64,000 bases of DNA from Ignavibacteriota bacterium (GTDB lineage Bacteria > Bacteroidota > Ignavibacteria > UBA10030 > UBA6906), in the NCBI GenBank assembly GCA_963748405.1, contig CAVVIT010000007.1, forward strand, positions 402,703-466,702. Reading direction: 5' to 3'. Under the pieces are notes generated by a model, which ran no database searches, was not told the origin of the DNA, and saw only the letters and a program-made list of their open reading frames with translations. The translations under genes and the position numbers were made by a program. Shown piece after piece: positions 37,785 through 46,871 of the stretch; the stretch's first letter is position 1; each line of letters starts with the position of its first letter.

Positions 37785-38594
37785 TCAGATCAGGTTCTTC
37801 AACAGCATCTCTTTCATAAAGAGCGTGATGTCCCACAGGTCGGCCACCGGCCTGCGGCTTCCGGGGACCGTGCTCATGTACGGCGGCGGCCCGAATTCGG
37901 GGCAGACGAAGAGTTCTTCTTTTCCTTCCGCGCCCCTGGCCCGGGCGATCCGCCGCCACCAGTCCATGTGCGCGTCGACTTCGGCCTTCCATTCGGGCCC
38001 CCGGGGATCGTTCACCTGCGGCCCTTCCGCGTGCCCCACCCGGGCGTGGATGTAATCGGTCCGCGCGATCGCGAGATCGACGGCCTCCCCCTGGTCGGCG
38101 AGAAGCGATTCGTGGACGCAGCACCAGTGGGAAAAATCGGCCGTGATCCTGAGCTCCGGCATGGCCCGGAGCAGCTCCCGTGTCGCCGGGGCGCTGTACG
38201 TCGCGCGCCCCCTGTGCGTTTCATGGGAGACGGAGATGCCCGCACGCCGCCCCAGGGCGAGGGCTTCGCGGAAGACCGCAAGGTTCTCGTCCAGGGAAAA
38301 CGTGTCCCGTCCCGTGTGGCAATTGATATGAACAGGGGCGCACCGGGCGGCGAGAGCGAACCGGTCGCCGAGAGAGGCGCAGTGCTCCTCCGGAGACCTT
38401 CCTTCGCTCGTGATCATCGCCACCAGGGCGATGCCGTGCCGGGCGTGAAGGGAAGCCGTCTCCTCCGGAGACTCCCGGAGGGAGGGAATGTGGATGTCCG
38501 ACGCGTCGAACCCGGCTGCGGCGATCGTGCGGAGAAACCGGTCAAGCGGGACGTCGTCCATGTCCCACTTTGACCGCGCGATGCGCAGGCGCAT
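37785..38594 (-). CDS. Sugar phosphate isomerase/epimerase (xylose-isomerase-like TIM barrel)
   Basis: 269 aa. ..SHETHRG.., ..TADFSHW.. and ..ARVGHAEG.. are present. Confidence 0.6.
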   Translation of the reverse strand: MRLRIARSKWDMDDVPLDRFLRTIAAAGFDASDIHIPSLRESPEETASLHARHGIALVAMITSEGRSPEEHCASLGDRFALAARCAPVHINCHTGRDTFSLDENLAVFREALALGRRAGISVSHETHRGRATYSAPATRELLRAMPELRITADFSHWCCVHESLLADQGEAVDLAIARTDYIHARVGHAEGPQVNDPRGPEWKAEVDAHMDWWRRIARARGAEGKEELFVCPEFGPPPYMSTVPGSRRPVADLWDITLFMKEMLLKNLI

Positions 38595-38700
38595 GGTGTT
38601 CCCGGGCGTTTTACTGATGGAACGACAGTTTCATCCGTGGCTCGTTGAGGAAAGTAGGGAATGGCCGGGCAAACCGCAACGCTGTAAAGAAAAAAAATCC

Positions 38701-38729
38701 TTGACAAAGCACCGGCATTGTGGTATTTT
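38701..38729 (+). promoter_or_regulatory. Sigma70-like promoter (TTGACA, 17-nt spacer, TATTTT) about 230 nt upstream of the TonB-dependent receptor gene
   Basis: Read directly. An AAGGGAGG Shine-Dalgarno lies 7 nt before the ATG at 38963. Confidence 0.5.
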
Positions 38730-38962
38730 CACTCTGGTAAAACGCCATTCCAATAGTGAAACACCGGCTCGTTCGACCTCCTGCCGGCCGGTTTCACCAC
38801 GGCTCCTGGATCACTTCTCAACCTGTTCATTCCAAACGCACGCACGAGCGGCCCTCAGATCTTCGGAGAGCGCCCGCGAAGAGCGGTTACAAAAATTTCT
38901 TGGCAGTCCATCAGAATCACCATTCACCGAACCACTCACCACAGAAGTAAGGGAGGAACCAT

Positions 38963-41900
38963 ATGATGCAACGATGGTACCAATTCCTGTGTCTTTTGCT
39001 GCTCATTGCCGTGGCCGCCACGCCACCGGCACTTGCGGCAAACGGCAAGATCGTGGGGATTGTTCGTGACGCTTCCACCAAGGATGTCATACCCGGCGCG
39101 AACGTGCTGGTCATTGGCACAACTCTTGGCGGCGCTGCGGACGCGCAGGGGCGCTACTACATACTGAACGTTCCTCCGGGAACATATGCACTTCAGGCGT
39201 CGGCCGTCGGGTACGGCAAACTGAAGATCGAAGACGTCTCCGTCGTTCTGGACCAGACCGTCGAAATGAACGTGTCGCTCCGGAGCCAGGACGTGCAGAT
39301 CGGCGAGATGGTCATCACCGCCGAGAGGCGCGTGGTGGACAAGAACCGCACGTCCACGAAGACGACCGTCACCTCCGACGAGATCCAGAATCTGCCGACC
39401 GTGACCGCGATCGACCTCCTCAACTCGACCCCGGGTGCATTCAACGGGTTCGTGCGCGGCGGGCGCATCACGGAAACCAAGACGATCGTCGAAGGCGTCG
39501 ATATCAGCAACCAGTTCTACGAGAACATCACGGAGCAGTCGAACCAGGGGATTCTCCAGTCCACCGGTCACCTGACCCGGCACGATGTCGGCGAGCTGAA
39601 CACGACCACCGACATGAACTTCAACGCGATCGAACAGTTCTCGCTGAACACGGGCGCCTCCGGGGCGGACATCCAGTCCGCGACCGCAGGGACGATCAAC
39701 TACTCGCTGAAAGAAGGCAACGGTCCCCTCTCCGGGAGCGTCCAGGCGCGGGTCAGTCAGTTCAACGGGCTCCAGCACTCGGGTCCCGACCCCTACAACC
39801 TCGATGCGATCTATTTCGCCGACGAGTCGACGGTTAACACGCGCCTCGGTGCCAACCGCCACGTGAGGGACTCCCTCTCCAGCCTCAAGATCACCGTGCC
39901 GACGTCGCTGATCGGCAACATCACGACGGACAGCATCCGGTCCGGGAAGTACACGTATTATCCCGGCAAGTATCTCAACAACAATCATCCGCTTCTTGAT
40001 TTCAGCGGATCGATCGGCGGCGCCGTGACGGATCAGTGGCGCTTCTTCCTGACGGGCAAGTACGAGGATTCCCACGGGTATTTCCCGAACGACAGGACCC
40101 GCGAGGCCGACATCACCCTGAAGACGTCGTACAACATCACGAACTCGATCAAGCTGAACGCGTTCGGGATCGTGAACGACAAGGGGATTCTCTTCGGCTG
40201 GAAGAACTCCACGTACAACGACGATTCGCGGTACTTCCTCGAGGGCGTGCCCAGGGACGCGGGGCTCGACTACACGGGGAGCGTCAAGCTGACGCACGTG
40301 CTGACGCCCGCGACGTTCTACGAGATCCAGGTAAGCCAGGTGTACCACAACCTGATCTACGGCTTCACGGACGGCAACGGCGACGGCTACTGCTCGCTGG
40401 ACGAAGGCGGCGCCTTCCTCACGATGTCCGATACCGCCTCGATCAACAAGTACATCTCCCAGTCCGGACAGGATCTGGGCAAGTTCTTCCGCATCGGCGA
40501 TGAAGCCGGCCCGAGCCAGATCAATGCGCCGATGAACATCGGCAACAGGCAGGCCGACATCACCCGCCCGATGTTCATTTACGAGAACTCGAAGTCCATC
40601 GCCCGCACGGTCAGGGGCGACCTGACGAGCCAGGTGGACTACCATCACCAGATCAAGACCGGGTTCCTCTTCAAGTTCAACGACGTTTCCTACATCAACC
40701 GGAACACGATGCTCGGCGCCGACCAGATGGACACGCGCTCCCGGCTGATCGTCGACAACTGGGAGTTCTTCCCGACGGAAATGTCTCTCTACGCATCCGA
40801 CAGGATGGAGTTCGGCGGGCTCGTGATCAACCTCGGCCTCCGCGGCGACAGGTGGGATCCGAAGGCTCCCGACTACGCGAACTACTTCTCGCAGTTCACG
40901 CCTGACACGATCATGATCGACGGCCAGCTGCGCCGCGCGAACGTGATCCTCCGCCAGAACAAGAACATCGATCCGTACTACTTCGTCTCTCCGCGCATCG
41001 GCGTGTCCCACCCGATTTCCGAGACCGCCGCGCTGTTCTACAGCTATTCGCGCCAGGCGATTCCTCCTCCGTACTCACGCATGTATTCGAGCTTCTACAC
41101 CGTGTTCGGGACGAGCCTTCCGAACTTCACGGCGCTGAACGAGCCGCTCACGAAGTCGTCCAACTACGAGCTCGGCGCGCAGTGGGAATTCCTCCCCGGG
41201 AAACTGGGATTGAATTTCACGGCGTACATGCGCGACGTGGAAAACTACAATCCGAACCAGTCGGTCGCCATCTTCCCGCCCGCGGGCGGTCAGACCGGGA
41301 TGTACTTCGACGCCCAGTATGCCGATGCACGCGGCGTGGAAGTGAGCATCCAGGCGGCCCGTCAGAAATACTTCAACCTTGCCACCGTCAGCGGACGCCT
41401 GAACTACGCGTACACGTACATCAAGGCATCAAGCTGGACGGGAGGCGACGCCACAAAGACGAACGTGACCACGTTCCAGGCGGCCGACTCGGCCAAGTAC
41501 AACAACGTGCTTCCGTTCGGGGACTTCGTGTATTACAACAAGGTCCAGACCGACGTTGCCGGCGGTGCCAGCACGCTGACCGGAGGGTATGACCGGACGC
41601 ACCGGATCACCTACCTCCTGTCGATTGAATTCCCCGAGGACATCATCCTTTCGTCCCTTGGCACATTCCAGAGCGGCTTCTTCTATCCGATCTACTATCC
41701 CATCGATTCCCGGACGGCGGGCCGGATCCTCGCGACCGCTCCCTGGAACAAGATGGTCGATCTGAAGCTGGAGAAGGGCTTCCGCTTCAACAACATGCGG
41801 TTCGCCATCTTCGCGGAAGTGAAGAACCTCTTCAACTGGACGAACATCATCGGCTATGACAACACCGCCAGCGGCGCCGCACTGTGGGAAGCGACCAACG

Positions 41901-42052
41901 GCAACGGCACGACGCTGACCGATCCGTATTACGGAACGGTGGCGACGGGTCCGGATCCGACCGGTCTCTACAAGCGGCCCATGAACTCTGACGGCAGCTG
42001 GTTCTATGATATCCCGCGCGAGTATTACTTCGGGATACGGGTTGACCTTTAA
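38963..42052 (+). CDS. TonB-dependent receptor-like outer membrane protein (CarboxypepD_reg + plug + large beta-barrel)
   Basis: 1029 aa with a signal peptide. The N-terminus NGKIVGIVRDASTKDVIPGANV..GRYYILNVPPGTY is a carboxypeptidase-regulatory-like domain. The plug follows (TVTSDEIQNLP..IDLLNSTPG..VRGGR), then about 800 aa of barrel. Confidence 0.7.
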   Translation: MMQRWYQFLCLLLLIAVAATPPALAANGKIVGIVRDASTKDVIPGANVLVIGTTLGGAADAQGRYYILNVPPGTYALQASAVGYGKLKIEDVSVVLDQTVEMNVSLRSQDVQIGEMVITAERRVVDKNRTSTKTTVTSDEIQNLPTVTAIDLLNSTPGAFNGFVRGGRITETKTIVEGVDISNQFYENITEQSNQGILQSTGHLTRHDVGELNTTTDMNFNAIEQFSLNTGASGADIQSATAGTINYSLKEGNGPLSGSVQARVSQFNGLQHSGPDPYNLDAIYFADESTVNTRLGANRHVRDSLSSLKITVPTSLIGNITTDSIRSGKYTYYPGKYLNNNHPLLDFSGSIGGAVTDQWRFFLTGKYEDSHGYFPNDRTREADITLKTSYNITNSIKLNAFGIVNDKGILFGWKNSTYNDDSRYFLEGVPRDAGLDYTGSVKLTHVLTPATFYEIQVSQVYHNLIYGFTDGNGDGYCSLDEGGAFLTMSDTASINKYISQSGQDLGKFFRIGDEAGPSQINAPMNIGNRQADITRPMFIYENSKSIARTVRGDLTSQVDYHHQIKTGFLFKFNDVSYINRNTMLGADQMDTRSRLIVDNWEFFPTEMSLYASDRMEFGGLVINLGLRGDRWDPKAPDYANYFSQFTPDTIMIDGQLRRANVILRQNKNIDPYYFVSPRIGVSHPISETAALFYSYSRQAIPPPYSRMYSSFYTVFGTSLPNFTALNEPLTKSSNYELGAQWEFLPGKLGLNFTAYMRDVENYNPNQSVAIFPPAGGQTGMYFDAQYADARGVEVSIQAARQKYFNLATVSGRLNYAYTYIKASSWTGGDATKTNVTTFQAADSAKYNNVLPFGDFVYYNKVQTDVAGGASTLTGGYDRTHRITYLLSIEFPEDIILSSLGTFQSGFFYPIYYPIDSRTAGRILATAPWNKMVDLKLEKGFRFNNMRFAIFAEVKNLFNWTNIIGYDNTASGAALWEATNGNGTTLTDPYYGTVATGPDPTGLYKRPMNSDGSWFYDIPREYYFGIRVDL

Positions 42053-42093
42053 TGATCTTACACCCTCACTTTCAAGGGACGAAAGGTATTCGT

Positions 42094-44667
42094 ATGAATA
42101 ACCGACTGAAGATATTGATCGCCTGCGCGCTCGTCGCGCTCGTGGTCGTCCCGACGTCGCTCATGGCCCAGGTCATTACCCCGACCACCGTGTTCAACTA
42201 CGGCGGCGCGGGCGTGATCTGCCCGGGCGACGTCTGGGAGTCGTTTCTCCCGGAAGGGACCACACCGTATTACGGCGAGGCGACCACGGCCGCCACGCTC
42301 GGCGTACGCACGTTTTTCCGCATGGGAAACTTCGACCGCGCATGGTCGACGCCTGCAACGCATTTCCCCGCGGCGTTCCCGATCACCCCGTACTGGAACA
42401 AGGACGGCTGGGTGATGGTCTACGAGCCTGACACGACGTGGAACGTCGGGCCGGCAAGCAAGAACCCCAGCTTCTTCCCGATCTCTGCGGAGAACGGCGG
42501 AACGGCAAATTATTCCTTCTTCGGACAGCTCACCTACCGGTCGACGCTCAACGGCGCCACCGACCCGACCAGGAAATACTTCACCGATCCTTACTGGGCT
42601 GACGGAACGCAGCGCCAGCACGTCGTGTACGAAGCCGGCTGGCCGACGAACCTGGGCGTGGACGTCAAGTTCCGCGCGCACGGGTTTGCCGCGCCGAACT
42701 GGGACAACCTGAACGACTATGTCATCGTTGAGATTTCCCTGAAGAACACCGGATACCTCGACATGAACATGGACGGCGTCGCGGACAAAGTCAACCACGA
42801 CATCAAGGCCCTCGCGTTCCAGATCGAGGAGCAGGCCTACATGTCGATCTCGAGCTACGCCTGCGGCGGTCGCTGCGTTAACGACATCGTTCCCACGATC
42901 TATGCGCGCCAGGCGGCGTGGATCGACGATCCCGACAGCTCGGGCTCTCCCTGGGCGTTCAGCACCGTGTTCCCGAGCGCGACGACGCTCAACGCGGTGA
43001 CCGGGAGCGGCAACGTCGACATCGGCTTCAACGGCGGCACGACGAAGAACTACATGGACATCAAGCACGGCTGGGTCATGATCGACGTGAAGAGCGGCGG
43101 GCTTCCGGTTTCCCCGCTCCACAGCACGGCGAGCCTTCCCTCGAAGCAGACGATCTACGGCACCCACCCGATCGGCACCGGCGCCCAGCGCGGCTGGTAC
43201 GTTTCGGGAGGGAGCAGCGCGTTCGTCGGAACGACGGCTGATCCGAGGAAGATGTTCTACATCACGACCGGTGTCTGGTACGCCAACGGCGGCCAGCTTT
43301 CGCACAACACCGACTTCAACGCCCTGAACCTCGCGCCGAATCCGCAGTTCTTCGCTTCCGGCACATCGGGTCTTCCGCTCACGTTCGTGCCGCTGGCATC
43401 TCCGGGGCGTCCGAACGGGGACTACAAGAGCACGGGCCACATGGACCAGCTGTCATATGAGGACGGGTCTGCGGACGCAAACACGAAGTATCCGACCGGA
43501 TGGGGAAAGTGGTCCGCCGGCGTCAACGGCATGCTCGGATGCAGCCACACGGAGAACTTCGACGACGATATGTTCAGCGGCGTCGGCCCGTTCGACCTGA
43601 AGAAGGACTCCACGATCACGCTGGTCTTCGCCACCGTGGCGGGGTACCGGCTTGAGGGGATCCAGCGGTCTGTCCGTGCCGCGCGGTGGTGCTACCAGAA
43701 CGATTTCCAGATCCCGGTGACGCCTCCGCTTCCGAACATGAAGGTGTCGAACACCCTGAACAAGAGCGTCGCGCTTGAATGGGACAAGGTCGCGGAAAAC
43801 GACGCGGGGTTTGCGGGATACAAGATCTGGAAATCCTCCCAGTTCAAGAAGCTTTCCTGGCTGAGCGAGGGGATGCGGGTGGTCGACCTGTACCAGGACC
43901 AGATGTCGGTCGGCACGCGCCCGACGAACCTTTACAAGCCGGTCAACCCGAAGTTCGATGCGTTCACCAAGACGAACACCAACTCGACGAAGGGTACCTA
44001 CCAGCCCGATACGTGGGGCACGTGGGACCTGATCGCCGTCATTCCCAAGGCGAGCGTCTCCAGCCTTGCGCCGGCGACAAGCACGGGATACGTGTACAAG
44101 TACGAAGACAAGGACGTGATCCTGGGCTTCCAGTACTGGTACTATATCTCCGCTTACAAGACGGGAACGTTCACGGGTCCCGGCGGCGACCAGACGACGC
44201 AGATCGAGACGCACTCGACGAACAGGAACGGCGCCACCGGTCTCTGGTACCTCACCTATCCCTTTGCGTACACGAACGCGAACTACCCGGCGTCCAACGC
44301 CACGCTGCTGAAGAACCTCGGCGGCGCACAGGTGGTGACGTCCGCGCTCGCACCGAGGGGTGACCTGAGCAAGGTCGGTGTCAGGCCGAACCCGTACAAG
44401 AGGGCGGCGCTGTTTGACAACCGTTCGCAGGTCTACGACCACAAGCTCGTGTTCTACAACCTCCCGCCCCAGTGCAAGATCACGATCCTGGATGTGGCGG
44501 GCCAGATCATCGATGTCATCAACTTCGCCTCGAACGATCCCAGCAAGGGAAGCGTGTTCTGGGACATGTTCTCGAAGGACGGCATCGAAGTGGCCAGCGG
44601 GGTGTACATTTATGTGGTGGAATCGCCCACGATGAAGCACGTGGGTCAGTTTGCGATTCTCCGATAA
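42094..44667 (+). CDS. Large secreted protein with a T9SS/Por-type C-terminal sorting domain
   Basis: About 857 aa from MNNRLKILIACALVALVVVPTSLMAQ. The C-terminal 70 aa (LVFYNLPPQCKITILDVAGQIIDV..SVFWDMFSKDGIEVASGVYIYVVESPTMKHVGQFAILR) match the Por secretion tail pattern. Confidence 0.6.
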   Translation: MNNRLKILIACALVALVVVPTSLMAQVITPTTVFNYGGAGVICPGDVWESFLPEGTTPYYGEATTAATLGVRTFFRMGNFDRAWSTPATHFPAAFPITPYWNKDGWVMVYEPDTTWNVGPASKNPSFFPISAENGGTANYSFFGQLTYRSTLNGATDPTRKYFTDPYWADGTQRQHVVYEAGWPTNLGVDVKFRAHGFAAPNWDNLNDYVIVEISLKNTGYLDMNMDGVADKVNHDIKALAFQIEEQAYMSISSYACGGRCVNDIVPTIYARQAAWIDDPDSSGSPWAFSTVFPSATTLNAVTGSGNVDIGFNGGTTKNYMDIKHGWVMIDVKSGGLPVSPLHSTASLPSKQTIYGTHPIGTGAQRGWYVSGGSSAFVGTTADPRKMFYITTGVWYANGGQLSHNTDFNALNLAPNPQFFASGTSGLPLTFVPLASPGRPNGDYKSTGHMDQLSYEDGSADANTKYPTGWGKWSAGVNGMLGCSHTENFDDDMFSGVGPFDLKKDSTITLVFATVAGYRLEGIQRSVRAARWCYQNDFQIPVTPPLPNMKVSNTLNKSVALEWDKVAENDAGFAGYKIWKSSQFKKLSWLSEGMRVVDLYQDQMSVGTRPTNLYKPVNPKFDAFTKTNTNSTKGTYQPDTWGTWDLIAVIPKASVSSLAPATSTGYVYKYEDKDVILGFQYWYYISAYKTGTFTGPGGDQTTQIETHSTNRNGATGLWYLTYPFAYTNANYPASNATLLKNLGGAQVVTSALAPRGDLSKVGVRPNPYKRAALFDNRSQVYDHKLVFYNLPPQCKITILDVAGQIIDVINFASNDPSKGSVFWDMFSKDGIEVASGVYIYVVESPTMKHVGQFAILR

Positions 44668-44692
44668 CCACACCAAAGATGAGGACTGAACA

Positions 44693-45733
44693 ATGAAACG
44701 TCTCTATGCCATACCGCTCATCGCTGTTCTCCTGCTGGCGATCGGCGCGACCCTCGGGGACGCGCAGACGCAGAAGGCGGGAATCAACAGCGCCGCGTTC
44801 CTCAAGGTTGGTGTGGGGGCCCGCCAGGTAGCTCTGGGGTCGGCCGTCACATCGTTGAACGGGGACGCAACCAACATGTTCTGGAACCCCGCCGGTGTTG
44901 CCATGAAGGAAGATCTCGCACAGGCTTCCTTCACGTACAACAACTGGATCGGGGGGCTTTCACAGGAGGCTGTCGCCGCCAGCTACAACTGGGCCGATGT
45001 CGGCACGATCGGCATCGGGTTCCAGTCGTTCGGCATCAACGGCATCCAGGCGGACAGGGATAACGGGTATTCCGATCCCACCCTGCAGTCGCAGGTCACC
45101 GACATGAACACGTCGTCGACGTACGACTACCAGGACCTCTGCATGCAGGCCACGTACTCCCGGTACATCACCGACTACCTGACACTGGGCGCGTCGGCGA
45201 AGTACATCCACGAGAGCATCGACGGTGTCGGTGCGGGGACGTTCGCGTTCGATCTGGGCACCGTCTACAACATCGGCGTACTCGGGTGGAGCGTGGGCGC
45301 GCGCATCAACAACCTGGGGGGCGACATGAAGTTCTACGATTTCGCCTCCCCGATTCCGCTCACGTTCAGCATCGGGACCTCCATGGCTCCCGTGGACGCG
45401 GGCATCACGAAGTGGATCGTTGCGCTGGACATCGTCAAGCCCCAGGACGGCACGCAGTACTATTACGCCGGCACGGAGCTCGGGTTCAACAAGACGTTCT
45501 TCGTCCGCGCGGGCTGGAAGTTCAACTACAGCTGGTTCGGCCTGACGGGCAGCGGCATCGATGCCGGTGCGACGTATCGTGCGCCCATCCAGACGACCCT
45601 CGAACGGGGATCGTTCGGCGCGGGCGTGCGCGTGCCGTTTGACGCGTACGTCATCAACATCGACTATGCCTACACCGTCTTCTCGGCGCTGCAGGACGTC
45701 CATCGCTTCACGATCAGCTTCGCGATGAAATAG
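44693..45733 (+). CDS. FadL/PorV-superfamily outer-membrane beta-barrel (PorV-like)
   Basis: 346 aa with a signal peptide. The N-terminal signature GVGARQVALGSAVTSLNGDATNMFWNPAGVA is typical of PorV/FadL family barrels. It ends with an aromatic residue. Confidence 0.5.
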   Translation: MKRLYAIPLIAVLLLAIGATLGDAQTQKAGINSAAFLKVGVGARQVALGSAVTSLNGDATNMFWNPAGVAMKEDLAQASFTYNNWIGGLSQEAVAASYNWADVGTIGIGFQSFGINGIQADRDNGYSDPTLQSQVTDMNTSSTYDYQDLCMQATYSRYITDYLTLGASAKYIHESIDGVGAGTFAFDLGTVYNIGVLGWSVGARINNLGGDMKFYDFASPIPLTFSIGTSMAPVDAGITKWIVALDIVKPQDGTQYYYAGTELGFNKTFFVRAGWKFNYSWFGLTGSGIDAGATYRAPIQTTLERGSFGAGVRVPFDAYVINIDYAYTVFSALQDVHRFTISFAMK

Positions 45734-45766
45734 CGGCACGGCGGTATTCGGCCGTTTGTTGACAAT

Positions 45767-45799
45767 AGTCAGGGTGAGTAACCCCCTGACTATTTTTTT
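45767..45799 (+). terminator. Rho-independent terminator (AGTCAGGG-loop-CCCTGACT followed by ATTTTTTT)
   Basis: Read directly after the PorV-like gene. Confidence 0.75.
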
Positions 45800-45828
45800 C
45801 TCAGTCTCACGACCCGGAGGGCACGTTC

Positions 45829-46854
45829 ATGGACAGGCTCCCGCTTCTCCCGACGACGGTCATCGGCAGCTATTCCCTCCCCCCCTGGCTTGAACAGGTG
45901 CGCAGCGCGGGGAAGGCCGGGGCGCTGACGCCCGCCCAGGTGGAAGAGGCGCACGACAACGCGGTCCGCTCCGCCGTGCTGGACCAGGAGATCGCCGGGG
46001 TGGACGTCATCACCGACGGGGAGCTCCGACGGGAGACGATGGTCAATTTCTTTTCCATGCGGATCGGCGGGTTCGATATGTCGGGGAAGATGAAGCCGAT
46101 CGGGAACCTGGACCCTTCCCTGCAGATGCTCGACCCGGTGGTGCGCGAGAAGGTGAGGAGCAAAGGATCCCTCGGGATGGACGCGCACTTCCGGTTCCTG
46201 AAGGGCATTGCGCGGGCGCGCACGAAGGTCTGCGTCACGGGGCCCCAGATGCTCGCCAAGCGGGCGACGAACGAGTTCTATCCGACGGACAGGGAGCTCA
46301 TCTTCGACCTGGCGGGCATCCTGAACATCGAGCTGAAGGGGCTCGTGGAGGCCGGCTGCGATTTCATACAGATCGACGAGCCGGTCTGGGTGGGATACCC
46401 GCAGGACATGGGCTGGCTCGTGGAGTCGTTCAACCGCCTCGTGGACGGCGTCCGGGCGAAGATCGCCGTGCACACCTGCTACGGCAATTACCAGTTGAAG
46501 AAGCTCTTCACGGGGCAGTACGACGAGCTCTTCCCGGCCATCCTCGGGACGCACGCCGCCCAGATCAGCATGGAGTTCGCCGTCTCCGGGGGAGCGGGTC
46601 TCGAGTTGTTCACCCGCTACCGGCCGGACAGGGAGATCGTCGTCGGGGTGATCGACGTCAAGGACGACGCGGTCGAGATGCCGGCCGTCGTCGCCGCGCG
46701 GATTCGGAGCGCGCTGGCCCACGTTCCCGTGGAGAAGCTCTGGATCAGCCCCGACTGCGGGATGAAATTCATGCCGCGTGACCGGGCGTTCGCAAAGCTG
46801 CAGGCGATGGTGGAAGGGACCCGGATCGTCCGGAAAGAGCTCGGCGCGGGCTAG
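45829..46854 (+). CDS. Single-domain cobalamin-independent methionine synthase-like protein (MetE C-terminal / archaeal-type)
   Basis: 341 aa. It starts with the UroD/MetE-like TTVIGSYSLPPWL, and the metal ligands in ..HTCYGN.. and ..SPDCGMK are present. Confidence 0.65.
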   Translation: MDRLPLLPTTVIGSYSLPPWLEQVRSAGKAGALTPAQVEEAHDNAVRSAVLDQEIAGVDVITDGELRRETMVNFFSMRIGGFDMSGKMKPIGNLDPSLQMLDPVVREKVRSKGSLGMDAHFRFLKGIARARTKVCVTGPQMLAKRATNEFYPTDRELIFDLAGILNIELKGLVEAGCDFIQIDEPVWVGYPQDMGWLVESFNRLVDGVRAKIAVHTCYGNYQLKKLFTGQYDELFPAILGTHAAQISMEFAVSGGAGLELFTRYRPDREIVVGVIDVKDDAVEMPAVVAARIRSALAHVPVEKLWISPDCGMKFMPRDRAFAKLQAMVEGTRIVRKELGAG

Positions 46855-46871
46855 ACAATGATGAGCACCAC

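Noticed and set aside
38730-38962. Cobalamin riboswitch in the TBDR leader
   Set aside because: It was suggested by the TBDR plus nearby metE-like gene. However, no B12 box (GCCACTG), AGGGAA or GGTG..AA.CC core elements are present.
38936-41011. 691-aa minus-strand ORF and the 42058..43440 minus-strand ORF
   Set aside because: They are antisense to the TonB-dependent receptor and CTD-protein genes, which have signal peptides and domain signatures.
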